A DNA stretch of 64,000 nt from assembly GCA_965112735.1 (NCBI GenBank), contig OZ218957.1:2356001-2420000 (forward strand). Direction: 5' to 3'. Positions 23,216 through 35,886 of this stretch are shown piece by piece (the first letter of the stretch is position 1; each line of letters opens with the position of its first letter). Under the pieces are notes generated by a model that did no database searches, was not told where the DNA came from, and was given only the letters and a program-made list of their open reading frames with translations. The stretch comes from Phaeosaccion multiseriatum (Eukaryota; Protista; Ochrophyta, other classes). The translations under genes and the position numbers were made by a program.

Positions 23216-23481
23216 GTTCCAAAGGGGGTGCCAAGGCCGCCCACCACACACCAAAATGGCCTGTTGGTCATACGCTAGTGCTCACAGCTACCGGGCCTGC
23301 CCTTCTCCTCCTCACACCTTTGAACCCGATCAACCCACTCCTCCACACACTACCCTAAGCAGAAATGACCACGGTTTTGCCTGTAGCGTAGTTTTGCTTC
23401 CTCGGGAGCCTCTTTTCATCCTCGCCTGGCCTTGGCCGGGGGACAAATTGAACCTTTTCTCGCGCCGAAAAGGTGGTGATC

Positions 23482-26400
23482 ATGAGAGAAGGCAAGAAGA
23501 GTAGCAGAGGACTCACTCGCAGGAGCACAATGTGCAATAGACCTCTTCGGAGTAGTAGTAGTCAGATGGGTAGCCCTTGGCTGGTAGGTGCCACCTGCAG
23601 TCTGCTTGGTCTCGCGGCTCTGGTCAAGGGCTACCACCTCCAGCTGCCATCCCCATCTCTGCGGCACCAGCAGAGGCACGCCCCTGCCGCCTCCAGGACG
23701 ACAACGGTAGGAACAGGAGGGGGGGGGGCAGCAAGACGGACATGGACGGCAATGTCCATGTCATCTTCGTCGCTGCCGGTGCCTTTACTTGGCGACAATA
23801 GCAGGCGCAGCAGTCCACTTCAAAGGAGACATATTGGGAGAGAAACGAGCAGCAGCCGGAGCAGCAGCACGAGACTGAATGCCGTGGTGGGGCCGGGTAC
23901 AACAATCTCCATGGCCAGTTTGCGCGCAGGAGATCTGGACGAAGATGGCAATGTTATCGACTGGGCCGTCATTGATGCCATGCCGGACGATGATCCCGAT
24001 GAGCTCAGGGAAGAGGCCGAGCGCAAAGCCGCACAGAAGGAGAAGGAGAGGGAGGAGCTCGAGGCGCACCTGGCTACCTTGACCAATGCGGAGCTGCGCG
24101 AGTGGAAGAAGGTGCAGAAGGCCCGGCAGAAGCAGGAGGAGCGGGAGCTGAAGAAGGCCCAGAAGGAGGCCAAAGTAAAGGCTGACACAAGGCAGAAGCG
24201 CCTCGAGTTGCGTGAGAAACAGGCCAAAATGAAGGAGGTGAGTGCGTGCGTGTGTGTGGGAGTGTGTGTGTGTTTTTCAGTTTGGAGTAAGAGATGTGGG
24301 GGTCTTGTGGCGGGGTGGGAGGGCGGTCCTGCTAGATAGATAGGTAGACACACCTGCTCGCTGCGCCACGCCGCTACACCGCGAGTCAGCTCAATCGTCT
24401 CTTACTGCTGACAGACTTGTCGTTGCTTGGTGCTGCTGACTAACTGGACTCGACTTCGAATCATTTCCTTTTGTCTTGTTGTGGAGCAGAGGGACCAGAT
24501 CCAGACAGACGAAGAGCCGCACTGGTACGGCCTCAAGGTAGGTGGTTACAGAAGATGCTGAGGATGCCGTGAGAGCGTGATAGAGTGACAGCGTGATAGC
24601 GTGATAGTTCGAGAGCGTGATGGAGTGATATCGTGAGAGCGTGATGTTGTGAGATCGTGAAAGCGTGATAGAGCCCCCCTCCCCCTTCCATCCGTTCCTT
24701 CCCTATCACACTCAAACTCACACACACATGATGGAGGTGCACGCCGGCTCGGAGGCCCGCATCGAGACGATCCTGCACGACGACGTGCAGATGCGCATGT
24801 GGGATATTAAAGATCGCTTGTTTGAGGTGCTTGTGCCCAAGACGTTGATCCCCACCACGCAGGGCAAGAAAGTTATTCGTGAGTCAGTGAGAGAGAGAGA
24901 GAGAGGGGGGAGAGAGAGAGAGGGAAAAGTGAGTCGGTATGTCCCTCCTGGTCTGTATGTCTGTTTGTCTGTCCCTCCCTGCCTGTCCCTCCCTCCCTCC
25001 CTGTCTGTCTGTCTGTCTGTATGTATGTCTGTATGTCTACCTACCTCACTGCCTCTGCCCGTCTCCATCCTTCCCCCCCCCCCTGCCCTCCAACCCTCCA
25101 CCCTCCACCCTCCCGCCCCCTCCCCACCCCCTCCTACCCAACAAACAGTCAAGGAGAAGCCTCTGTACCAAGGCTATGTGTACCTGTACTGTATGGTGAG
25201 CCCCGACCTTGTCGCTCGCCTCATCGCCATGCCCAAGGTAACCGAGTTCTTGGGCAACAAGAGGACGCAGCGGGGGGTGCGAATCCCTGCGGCCTTCACA
25301 GAGGCCGATATGAAGGGGGTGGCGGAGGCCTCGGAGCAAGCCAGGAACGACCCCTTGGTGCGTGGACTCGAGTGGAAGGAGGGAGGGAAGGAGGGAAGGA
25401 GGGAGGGAGGGAGGGGGGGAGGGAGGGAGGGAGGGAGTGGAGTGAGTGTGAAAGGTAGGGCAGGGCTGGGCGAAGGGTGGGGTGGAGTGGAGTGGAGTGA
25501 GTAGGATAGAGAGAGGAGAGCGGAGGGATCTCTCTACCCCTTGGGGGAGTTGACTGATGGCTGACCAACCAAACACTCTACCATACCCCCCCCCGCATCC
25601 CAATTGCATTGCATCAGGTGGCCAAGGTGATGAGCTGGGACCTCAAAAGGGGAGACATTATGGAAATCACAAGCGGCGGTTACGCGGGCTCACAGGGCGC
25701 CATGATGGCTGTCAAGGCCAACAAGGTACGACTACGGTGTACCAACAACAACATACCATATTATGGCAACGAAATCAGGAGAGGATTTCGTTGTCTTGTC
25801 TTCTCCCCTCCTCCTTCCTTTCCACCGTTAACTCTTTCCACTGTTCACCCCCGTTAATGTCCGTCACCCTCCGTTCACCTTCTACCCTCCCCTTCCCCCG
25901 CAGATTCACGTGGAGCTGTCCACCTTCAACACCGCCACGGAATACAAGGCGAACTTCGACGAGGTGAGGCAGTTGGTGATACAACACCTGCAGTGCACTT
26001 GGAGTTTCAGTTTATCAGCTTTGAATTCCTCTCATTCTCTGCCATCCTCTGCCATCCCCCCGCCCGGTAGGTGCGTCCTCTGAGCCCAGAGGAGACGGAT
26101 GAATACAATGCAAACGTCAGGGCAAACATGGAGAAAATGATGACAGAGAGAATGGACGAACTCGAAATGGTAAGTTACGTAAGAAGACTCTTATGTATGA
26201 GTTACGTGATGGTTAAGTATGGGTTGAGCAGATTATGGCAGGGAGAAGACTTGACAGTTACATGATGGTCAAGTAAGGGTCGAGCAGATTATGGCAGGGA
26301 GAAGACTTTACCGACCTCAGCCCGGTTGGTACGTGAGGGTTACGTGAGGAGTACGTAGTAAGAGTTTTGATCAAATGAAACGAACGAGCGAACGCACTCT

Positions 26401-27587
26401 TCGTGCTGTGCTGGGCTCGATTGGGTTAACCCCAAACAACACAACCCCCCCCCCAAACAGAGGAAGGACCCCCCCAAGCGCGCCAAGAAGATGGACCGCG
26501 ACCCCCTGGGAGCGAAGTATTCGGCCCTCGGCAACAGCAGATTCTCCTCCCCCGCGGATCTGCTTGGTGAGGGCGGTGATGCTGCTGACTCTGTCTCTGT
26601 CAAGGCCGCTCCCAAGGCTACGAGGGAGAAGGTGGTGAAGGAGGATATGGATACAATGATGCTGAGAAAGTTCCGGGAAGAGAAGCCTCGGACACCCGTG
26701 GAACAAAAACGAAGGGTCACCAAGGGGCCCAACCGAGCGCCAAAGACCCTCGAGGGTTCGACATTCGGGCAGGAGGATATCGATCCGAGGGTTGCTGCTC
26801 AAGCCAGGAGGGGGGTGAGCGGGCAGGATGAGTCTTTCTTCAATAGCCTTCCGGGCATCCTGTCAAGGGATGGTGGGGGGAGGGGGGCTGGGAGAGGGAG
26901 GGGAGGAGGAAGGGGACGAGGGGAGATGGGGAGAGGGAGGGGAAGGGGAGGAGAAATGGGGGCGATGGGCAGAGGGAGTGGAAGAGGGGGGATGGACAGG
27001 CGAGAGGCATGGGGAAGGGAGAGCAAGTTCGCCTCCCCCATGGGCGGTGCTGGCGCGGGCGGTGGAGTTCTGCCGGCAAGGGCCCGACAGCAGCAGCAGC
27101 AACAGCAACAGCAGCGGCAGCAGCGGGGGATGGGGGCGGCGGATGGTAGTGGACGAGGAGCACTCCACAACAACAACGACCAAGACACAACTGACGACGA
27201 CGATCTGTTCTTCGAAGAACTTATTCGTGACCTGAGGGAGGAGCCGTCCTCTTCTTCTTCTTCTTCTTCTTCTTCTCCTCCTCCTCCTCCTCCACGGCAG
27301 GAGACCGCCCAACGGCCACCCGTGGGGGGGAGTGGGGGGGAGGACGGGAGAAGTCCGTGGGGCGACGAGGGGGTGGCTGAGGTGGAAGATTCTCTTCTGT
27401 CTCTGTTGGATGGCTTAGGTAGCGACTCTCCTGACCTGCAGCAACAGCAGCAGCAACAGCCGCAGCCGGCACCACGCCTGACCCCCCCCCCAGTGGTGGA
27501 TGTGGAGGGCGAGGACGACGCTGCCCTAGACTTCCTTGAGGACTTCTTCAAGGAGGTGGAGGCCACGGCAGGGTACGAGGGAGGGGA

Positions 27588-27622
<35 letters not shown>

Positions 27623-29414
27623 GGGGGGGTAGTGGAGGGGGCGGGAATGGGGGCGAGCAGATTGAGCAGATGGAGTGGAAGCCCAAGCCCTATGTGCCTG
27701 GGGGGAGTGGAGGGGCGGGAGCTGCAGCCCCACGAGCAGCAGCACCAGTTGGTGATACAGCAGCAGAAGCAGCAGCAGAAGCAGCAGCAGAGGAGGAGTT
27801 TTCCTTGGACTTTCTGGATGACTTCTTTAAGGATTTGGACACCGTCAGCACGGGGCCGGTCGAGGAGCCTAAGGGGAGGGTCAGTCGGCAGCAGGAGCAG
27901 CAGCAGCAGGAGGAGGAGGAGCAGCAGCAGCAGCAGCAACAGCAGTCGGTGATGAAGCAGCAGCAGCAGCAACAGCAGCAGAGGCAGGAGCAAGAGCAGG
28001 ACGACGAGGGGGATTTCGCGTCTCTGGAAGACCTGCTGGCCGATATCGACATGGATATGGATAGCATGGGTGCAGGTGGTAAGGATACCGCCACACCCGT
28101 TGGTGCTACAGCAGGAGCTGCACCGCCAGTTGTTACTCCACCGTCTGGCCCTTCTGCTGCCGTTGCTGCTACACCCTCCGTAACCCCCGCCGCTGCCGCC
28201 GCCCCGCCGGCTATGGACGACCTTGATCTGGGCGGGTTGGAGGAGCTGCTGGCAGAGCTAGACAGGGGAGAGTTGCCGGAGGATGAGCTTATGGCCAGGC
28301 TCATGGATGGCGACGACGACGCTGGTCCTCCTGCTGCTGCTTTCGGATCACCAACTCGTGTACGAGGGGGGCCGGGCGGACACCTCGGGAAGGAGGGGTG
28401 GGGAGGCCGGGGGGCGGCGGCCAGGCAAGCGGGGCTGGTGGACGATGCATGTAAGTCAGTGAGGTGGATGGCAGTGGATGGCAGTGAATGGCAGTGGATG
28501 GCAGTTGATGGGATGGAGAGCACTGCACGCTATTTCTTGCTACTTGCTCCTCTTCCCTAACCTCTTGTGTGTTGTAATCCCTGTGGTATCTCCTCCTCCT
28601 CCTCCTCCCTCCTCCCTCCTCCTTCCTCCTCCTTTCCCTCAGCCGCCACTCTGGACGTGTCTCCCTCTCGGCCAGAGCAAGATGCTCCCTCCTCCTTCAA
28701 AGAGTTCCTTCGAAGAGACATTGACGCTAGAGAGCAAGCAGGTATGTTTCAGTTTCAGTTTGTCTGTTTCTATGTGTCAGTTTCAGTACCAAGTTTCACT
28801 GACCCAATCTTCCAATCTTCACCTCCCCACTCCCACTCAGAGACTTCCTCGACTTTTATTTTTACTGACTTACGAACGACAGGTCTTCTCGAGGACGAAG
28901 CAGAGGGCCCCTTAGCCATTGCCGCAGAGGTGCTCAAGAGAGAGGGGGGCGGGTTCAAGCAGGGGAGGGGTAAGGACAAGTACGGAGATACGTACTACGA
29001 TGTGCCCCTTCCTTCCTCTCCCTCTGGGGCAGGGGCAGAGGCGGGGGGGGAGCTTGACGACTTCTTCGGGGCACTTGATGCAGCTGCACCGACTTCAAGA
29101 GAGGAGGAGGGGGGCGGACAGAAGGAGGAGCAGCGGCAGCAGCAGCTGCAGGAGGAGACGGGGGAGGAGCGGGAGAAGAAGGAGCAGCGGCTGCAGCGGG
29201 AGCAGCAGCTAGAGAAGCAGCGGGAGAAGCAGCGGCAGGGGGCGGCTCAAAAGAAGCAACTCTTGAGTCTCTTGAGTGATGACGACTTGTTCCCCATGAG
29301 TCCTCAGGAGAGGGACCCCTCGCTACATGTGTACGATAGGAATGACGAGCGGGAGAGGGGGGGCGGTGAGCGCAGGAGGGCCGACCGGGGGAGGGGAGGA
29401 AAGGGGGGGAGAGG

Positions 29415-29445
<31 letters not shown>

Positions 29446-29796
29446 TTGGTGATACAGCAGCAGCAGGGGGAGGAAGAGGAGGGGGTCGGCGGTGACGGGA
29501 GTTCTGACGCGGTGCCATTGGCTTCTGCAGTGCCTCCTACTTCTGAGGCTCCTCCTACTTCTGCACCAACAGCTGTCGCCGAGGAGGCGATGGGAGGAGG
29601 AGGAGGAGGAAGCGAGACGGTTACAGAAAGCCAAGCTCCTCCTCCTCCTCCTGCTCCTGCTCCTGCTCAAGATGCCGCTGCGCTGAGCAAGCTGAAGGTG
29701 CCTGAGCTGAAGGCCGCCCTCAAGGCTCAGGGCTTGCCTGTCAGCGGAAGGAAGGCCGAGCTCATAGAGAGACTCACCAGTGCGGCAGCGGCTTAG
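23482..29796 (+). CDS. NusG-family (NGN+KOW) transcription factor with a long low-complexity extension and C-terminal SAP domain, predicted plastid-targeted; exons 23482-24237, 24490-24537, 24737-24878, 25149-25357, 25618-25725, 25904-25963, 26071-26169, 26461-28450, 28643-28741, 28883-29796 (~1470 aa; alternative starts 23530 or 23566)
   Basis: NGN: PHWYGLKVHAGSE...FEVLVP...KEKPLYQGYVYL...PKVTEFLG. KOW: LKRGDIMEITSGGYAGSQG...IHVELSTFN. SAP: LSKLKVPELKAALKAQGLPVSGRKAELIERL. Signal-like WLVGATCSLLGLAALVKG-Y followed by an S/R/T-rich transit peptide. Exon phases are all consistent. Confidence 0.8.
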
Positions 29797-30254
29797 GTGT
29801 AAGAAGCGTTGGTCTTTAACTGTTCCTTGGCTGCTCCTTAGCTGCTCCTTGGCTGGTCCTTAGCTGGTCCTTAGCTGGTCCTTAGCTGCTCCTTGGTTGC
29901 TCCTTAGCTGGTCCTTGGCTTGTTGCTTGGGGGAGGGGGGCGGTATGTTGGCCAAACTAAGCTTGGTTTGGCTGGTTGCTTCGTTGGAAGGTTGGAAGGT
30001 AGGTTGGTAGATGGATAGATACGATAGAGAGAAAGCTGCGTTTGATGGTGATGTGGATGCGGGCGAAGCGAAGCAAGGCGAAGGGAGGCGAAGGGGGGCG
30101 AGGCAAGGCGCATTGGAGCGGCGGAGGACGAACGAAAGGCGCAACACAGTGGGCTTCCTTCATTGCAATATTTCATTGCAATTGCTTGCTTTACTTGACG
30201 GTGGGCCGCGCAGGGGCGGACGGACGGGCAGGCGGGCGGACGACGTGGGGAAGC

Positions 30255-30416
30255 GAAGCAGCAGCGAAGAAAGCACCACACACAGTGGTCTCTCACTCGA
30301 AGCAGCGAAGAAAGCACCACACACAGTGGTCTCTCACTCGAAGCAGCAGCGAAGAAAGCACCAGTGGTCTCTCACTCGAAGCAGCAGCAAAGAAAGCACC
30401 AGTGGTCTCTCACTCG
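30255..30416. repeat. ~40-44-bp tandem repeat (gaagcagcagcgaagaaagcaccacacacagtggtctctcactc), 4 degenerate copies
   Basis: Direct inspection. Confidence 0.85.
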
Positions 30417-30957
30417 ACTCTCGTCTGTCTCCCTTTCCCGCATGGAGCAGAGTTTGATTGTTTCCCCTTTGTTTCCCCTCCTCATCGGGCCTCCCATATC
30501 GTACATTTGTGGTTACGTTGACATCTATACAGAACCTTCATATATATACCGCTACATAAGAGTACATAAAACATACATGGTGAGAGCATGGGTTGTTTCG
30601 ATGCCCTGTTCTCCTTACCCGACAACCAACCATCCCACCATGGACATTGAAATTGATTGGCTGTGTCCAGAAAGCTTTCCTCCTCCTCCTCCTCCTCCTC
30701 CTCCTCCTCCTCCTTCCGACACTGAATTGAATTGACATGGAACACAGTACAAAAAACCGGAAACAATATCCACGACAAAAACAAAGAAAGGCGTTTGGTT
30801 GGCACACGGCATATGTCCACTAGGCAAAGTACATGAAACACACGCAAACACCGATCTCTCTTCCCAGTGATGCTTCCACTTCACACTCCAACCTCCCCTC
30901 CCCTCCCCCTCCGTCCCTCCTTCCCTCTCTCTAAAGCGTACGTACATTGAGTACGAT

Positions 30958-31230
30958 TTAGAGTAGAGCAGAGTAGAGTAGAGAAGAGTAAAGTGTAGAG
31001 TAGAGTTGAGTGTAGAGCAGAGCAGAGCAGAGTAGAGTGGAGTAGACCAGAATAGAATAGAGTGTAGAGAAGAGTAGAGTAGAATAGAGTAGAGAGAGAT
31101 AAGAGGGGAGAGCAGAGTAGAGTGGAGTAGACCAGAATAGAATAGAGTGTGAGTAGAGTAGAGTAGAATAGAGTAGAGAGAGATAAGAGTGGAAAGCAGA
31201 GTAGAGTTAAAGAGAGAAGAGTAGAGGAGA
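30958..31230. repeat. Degenerate pentanucleotide microsatellite (AGAGT/AGAAT/AGAGC)
   Basis: Direct inspection. Confidence 0.85.
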
Positions 31231-31321
31231 GAAAGGGGGTCCGTGGGTGGCTATTGAGCACTGCACAAAGGGCACTCGGTGTGCAGTACTGGGTGCCAGG
31301 ATGCCCCATCCCAGGGCAAGC

Positions 31322-33054
31322 TCAGTAGTAGCCCACTTGCGGCCGTCGACCTCCTCCTCCACCTCCTCCTCCTCCTCCACCACCACCACCACCTCCACCT
31401 CCACCACCACCACCACCACCACCACCACCTCCTCCTCCTCCACCACCACCACCACCACCACCTCCACCTCCACCACCGAATCCTCCTCTTCCTCCTCTTC
31501 CTCCTCCTCCTCCTCCTCCTCCTCCTCCTCCCGGCCATCCTCCGAGAGCAAGACCCGTCCCAGGAAAATCTGCCATCATCTGGTGGGCGAGCAGATCGTG
31601 CTTCTGGCGGAACATATCCATGACGCCCCCGATGCCCCCGAAGCCTTCGAAGCCCCCCCTGCCGCCGTGCCTCTGTGTCCTCCCCATCCCAAAGAAGTCG
31701 TCGTCTCCATCCCCCCAGGGATCTCCGAAGGCGGCGAACGGCTGCCACGTGCCCCCCTGGGTGCCTTGCATACCTTGACCGCCCCCCCTCCTCCCGTTCC
31801 TCAACGACCTGCTCGTGTTGGAGCTAAGCAAAGGATTGGACTCATCTTGGACGTCATTCTCCTCCTGTACGTGGCGCTCCACCCTCCCGTCAGCGTGCGT
31901 GACGGTGGTGGTTGTGCGTGTGGTCCTCCTGCCGTTGACAATCACAGTCTTCGTCGTGACCATCCGTCCGACGGGGCCGGTGTTGGTGTTGGTGCTTGTC
32001 GAGTGCTCCTGGTACTGCTGTTGATAAAGCCCCCCCCCCTCCTGCTCCTCCTGCTGCTGCTGCCGGTGCTGCCACCGCCGCCGCTGCTCCCGCTGCTCGC
32101 GCCGCTGCTCCTGCTCCTGCTGCTGGTGCTGCTCTCGCTGCCGCTGCTGCCGCTGCTGCTGCTGCTGCCGATGATGCTCCTGCTGATGGCGCTGCTCAAA
32201 CAGGTCTCTGAAGAGGTCACTAGCCCGGGCGCTGTGATATGCCCTGTGCCGCGGTACGGTCTCAGGGTTGCTGTTGCTGCCCTGCCTGTCCCTCTCCTCC
32301 AGGCTCATGTCATAGGCGTAGCGGAGGTCAGCGTTTGACAGCGTCTCGTATGCCTGTGTATGTATGTGGGTGTGGGTGTGGGTGTGGAGGGCGGGGGGGG
32401 GGGGGGTGCGTAGATGTGCACGTGCGAGTGTGTGTGCGTGGGTGCATGTGTGTGTGCGGTGGGTGGGTGGGTGTGTGCGTGCGTGTTCGATGTAGACCAC
32501 GCCAGAAGGGATAGGTGGACAAACAAAGAGCGGACGTCACGAAGCGGAGGAGGAGGAGCAGGACTGACTGATAAGACTGTGAGTAAGTGACTAACCTCTG
32601 AGACGCGCTTAAAATGCGCGGTCGCGTGCGTCCGAGTCTCCGGGCTGTGCTTGTCCTGAGGGGGTCGGACGAGGGAGAAGAAGAGGAGGGGGGGGGGGGG
32701 GAGTCACATCACAGTGGCGAAACAGAGAGGCAGGCTCGGGTGAGAGGGGGAAAGGCGAGGTGGGCGAGGTAGGGACAGGGGCTGAGAAGCTCGACGAGCC
32801 TCCTATCCAGTCGGCTGACTGTCCTTGTTCCTTACCGGGTGCCATTTCCGTGCCAGCGTCCTGTAGGCTTTCTGTGAGACAAGGGGGAGACAAAGCGAAG
32901 GGTAAGCAGCAGAAGGAGATTGAGGGGATTAACGAATTGAGAGAGAGACACTTCCCTTTCCCTCTTCTCTTACCTTGACGTCCGTCTCAGACGCATTCAC
33001 AGACACCTCCAGCACCTCATAGAAGGTCGCATCAGCGGGCAATCGCCCCTCCAT
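31322..33054 (-). CDS. J-domain protein, DNAJB6/8-like; exons 33054-32974, 32871-32836, 32655-32596, 32353-31322
   Basis: Spliced J domain [35 protein letters not shown]...FKRVSE-AYETLSNADLRYAYD, with the HPD motif formed across a junction. VTTKTVIVNGRRTTRTT resembles the DNAJB6 C-terminal domain. G/F-rich and poly-Gly tail. Confidence 0.88.
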
Positions 33055-33178
33055 CCTTTGTGTTTGCTCCTTCTTCTCTCCGGCCCATCCGGTCTTTGTT
33101 GACTTCCACAACATCCTGAAACCTAACCATTACGTATGTGAAGGCGCGTCGCCATGCGGCGGACACTTCGCTATTGAT

Positions 33179-34867
33179 ATGCCTCCTACGCCAGCCCTGC
33201 AGGGACAAGTTGAGGTTGTAGTGAAGGTGAGCGCGATCTACCCGAAGATTTGCGAGTGTGTAGATCAGGGAGGGCTTGGAAAGTGGAGTGAGTCGACATG
33301 CCGACTTTATTATTAACTCCCATCGCTTGTTCCTTCTCCTCTCCCCTCCCCTCCGCTCACCCTCCTGCTCTGTGTGCCTCTGCACCGTGTTCAGCGGGCG
33401 CGCAACCTCAAGCCCGGAGGAGTGGCACCCACCCCTGAGACGCCATGCGATCCCTTCGTGGCTTTGACTGTGGGGGATACGACCGTGCGGACGAGCGTGG
33501 TGGACGACGAGGCCAACCCCTCCTTTGAGGAGAGCTTCAGGTTCCAGAATGTGCAGAAGGACGATAAGATGGAGATCCAAGTGTTCAACAAGTGCGCAGA
33601 CGGGATGGAGGACCAACTCATTGGCACCGCGATGGTGCGTAGAGCAGAGTAGCCTCCCCTCCCTTACTCATTCTCTTCTTGCCCACTTCTTCGCTCACTC
33701 ACTTACTCACTCTCTCGCCGCCTCCTTCGCCCACTCCTTTGCTTCCTCCCTCTCTTGCCCACTCCCTCACTCACATCCTGACCCACACCCTCACACACCC
33801 ACACACACCCTCTCTCTTATACACAGGTGGCACATGGTGATTGGGGCCTGCCCGACTACCCCAAGCTTGCGTGGCACCCCATCCTCACCGACCTCAACAC
33901 ATGCGGAGGCGAGATCCAACTCTCCATCGAGTGGGACTTGCAGCTCAACTTCAAGCAGGTTAGGAAGTGTGTGCGTGTGGGTAGTTGGAGGTATTGGTGC
34001 GGAGCTGTGCTGTTCATCTGGTGGCTGTCTGTGTGGCTCTTCACCTTGCACGTGCGTCTCTACCCTCAACCCCCTCCCTCCGTCCCTTCCCCGCCCTCCT
34101 GCCTCCTCCCGCACCCCCCTCCCCACCCTCCCTCCCTCCCTCCTGGCCCACACACACAACAGCCCTTCAAAGCCATTTCCGATGCCTCCTCCATGACGGG
34201 TTCCCTCGTGTCGGTCATCGATGAGCCTCTGGACCGTGTGCTCGCGAAGGTCAGCAACTGCATCACCACACCTCTCCGTTTCCTTCAACAGCGTTCCCCC
34301 ATGGAGCAAGCAGCGATAGGAGCAGTCGTGGTCTGTGTCGGAGGCGGTGCGGGGCTGTGCGTGGCGGTGCCCCTTATCTTCTTCCTTCCTGTCACACTCT
34401 TCTTCGCCTTTGGCATCGGGACGGCTCTGCTCGTGGCCTCTCCTCTTCTGCTCTTGTTTGGGTGGCTTCTCATCAGCGCGATACCCATGCAGAGACGGCT
34501 GGTGGTGCCCCTGCTGATCCAGGTGGGTGGGTGGGTGTGTGGGTGTATGGGTGGGTGTGTGTGTGGAAGGAAGGGTGGATGGGTGCGTGGGTGGGTGGAA
34601 GGGTGCGCAGGTGGACACACCGAAAGAGAGAGAGAGAGAAGAGAGAGAAGGACTAAACTCAAACTCAAACCCACCCCAAACTGTCTTCCCCCTCCACTTG
34701 CCATCTCTCTCCCGTCCATTGCCATCCACTGCCATCCACTGCCATCCCGTCATCAGGTGGTACCGTGGCTGGGGCCGGTGGAGAAGTATGTCCTGACCCC
34801 TCCTGCGACCACGGAGAGAGCAGCGCGGAAGCCGCCTCCTCATGTCGACTCATTGGGCTTGGATTGA
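33179..34867 (+). CDS. C2-domain protein with a 60-residue uncharged hydrophobic segment; exons 33179-33226, 33395-33634, 33827-33958, 34163-34522, 34757-34867 (296 aa)
   Basis: GQVEVVVK-RARNL...CDPFVALTVG...RTSVVDDEANPSFEESFRF...MEIQVFNK...DQLIG...GEIQLSIEW is a C2 fold. It is followed by AAIGAVVVCVGGGAGLCVAVPLIFFLPVTLFFAFGIGTALLVASPLLLLFGWLLISAIPM. Confidence 0.85.
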
Positions 34868-35280
34868 CTGATATCGTCCATTTCGTCATCCCGCAGGCTT
34901 GCATTGAGAATCATCCAAGTGGTGGTCTTCTATCTAAGGCTTTGGGTGATGGAATTGATTGATTGGCTTAGTTCAACGCTATCCAGTAATCCGCTGGTTG
35001 GATACAGATTTTGTTTCAAGGAAGGGGGGTAGGAGGGGGGGGGGGGGCATCAGACAGAGACAGTACACAGAGAGAGGCACAAGCAAGGAGAGGGTAGCAT
35101 GTTAATATGACGCAAGAGAATAAGGAAGGGAAGAGCACAGCAGGGCTTGAAAGGAGGAGGAGGAGGAAGAGGAGGAGGAGAGAGAGAGGAGGAGGGAGAG
35201 AGAGGGAGGTAGGAGCAAGTAAATGGGGGTACGGGTGGTACAGTATCAGTACCAGTTTTGTAGGCACAGCACATAGGGGG

Positions 35281-35536
35281 GTACAAAGGCTATATATGTT
35301 ATAGCAAGATGATTGTTCAATGAGGTAGGCAGGTACAAGGCTATATATGTTATAGCAAGATGATTGTTCAATGAGGTAGGCAGGTACAAGGCTATATATG
35401 TTATAGCAAGATGATTGTTCAATGAGGTAGGCAGGTACAAGGCTATATATGTTATAGCAAGATGATTGTTCAATGAGGTAGGCAGGTACAAGGCTATATA
35501 TGTTATAGCAAGATCATTGTTCAATGAGGTAGGCAG
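35281..35536. repeat. 51-bp minisatellite (gtacaaggctatatatgttatagcaagatgattgttcaatgaggtaggcag), 5 near-identical copies
   Basis: Direct inspection; units are contiguous with no unique spacers. Confidence 0.92.
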
Positions 35537-35886
35537 GAAGCAGAGCAGCCAGCCACATGCACACACACACAACACAATTTTTTGTTAAAACAATTTTTAA
35601 TTTTCCATTCATTTTGGCATCCCACCGAACCGGGCCCCTTTTCTCTTCCTTTTGTTCGTTAAAAAAGAGGAAATCTCCCTTTTCCATACGCCTCTATCCG
35701 GTGAAATCTATACTGGAAAGGCCTATACCCTATAACCACCACCCGGCCACGTCCTTCCCTTCCCACTAGGCCGGTCTGGTGGGAGCGGCCCTACCCCACT
35801 CACTGTATGGCACTGTGTGCCACAAAGATGGTACCCTATGGTGCCTAGGATGGCACTAGATGGCACCCTACGGCCCCCTGCCCCGC

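Noticed and set aside
35281-35536. Regular 51-bp repeats as a possible CRISPR array
   Set aside because: Units are contiguous and near-identical with no unique spacers, there are no cas genes, and the context is eukaryotic. It is a minisatellite.
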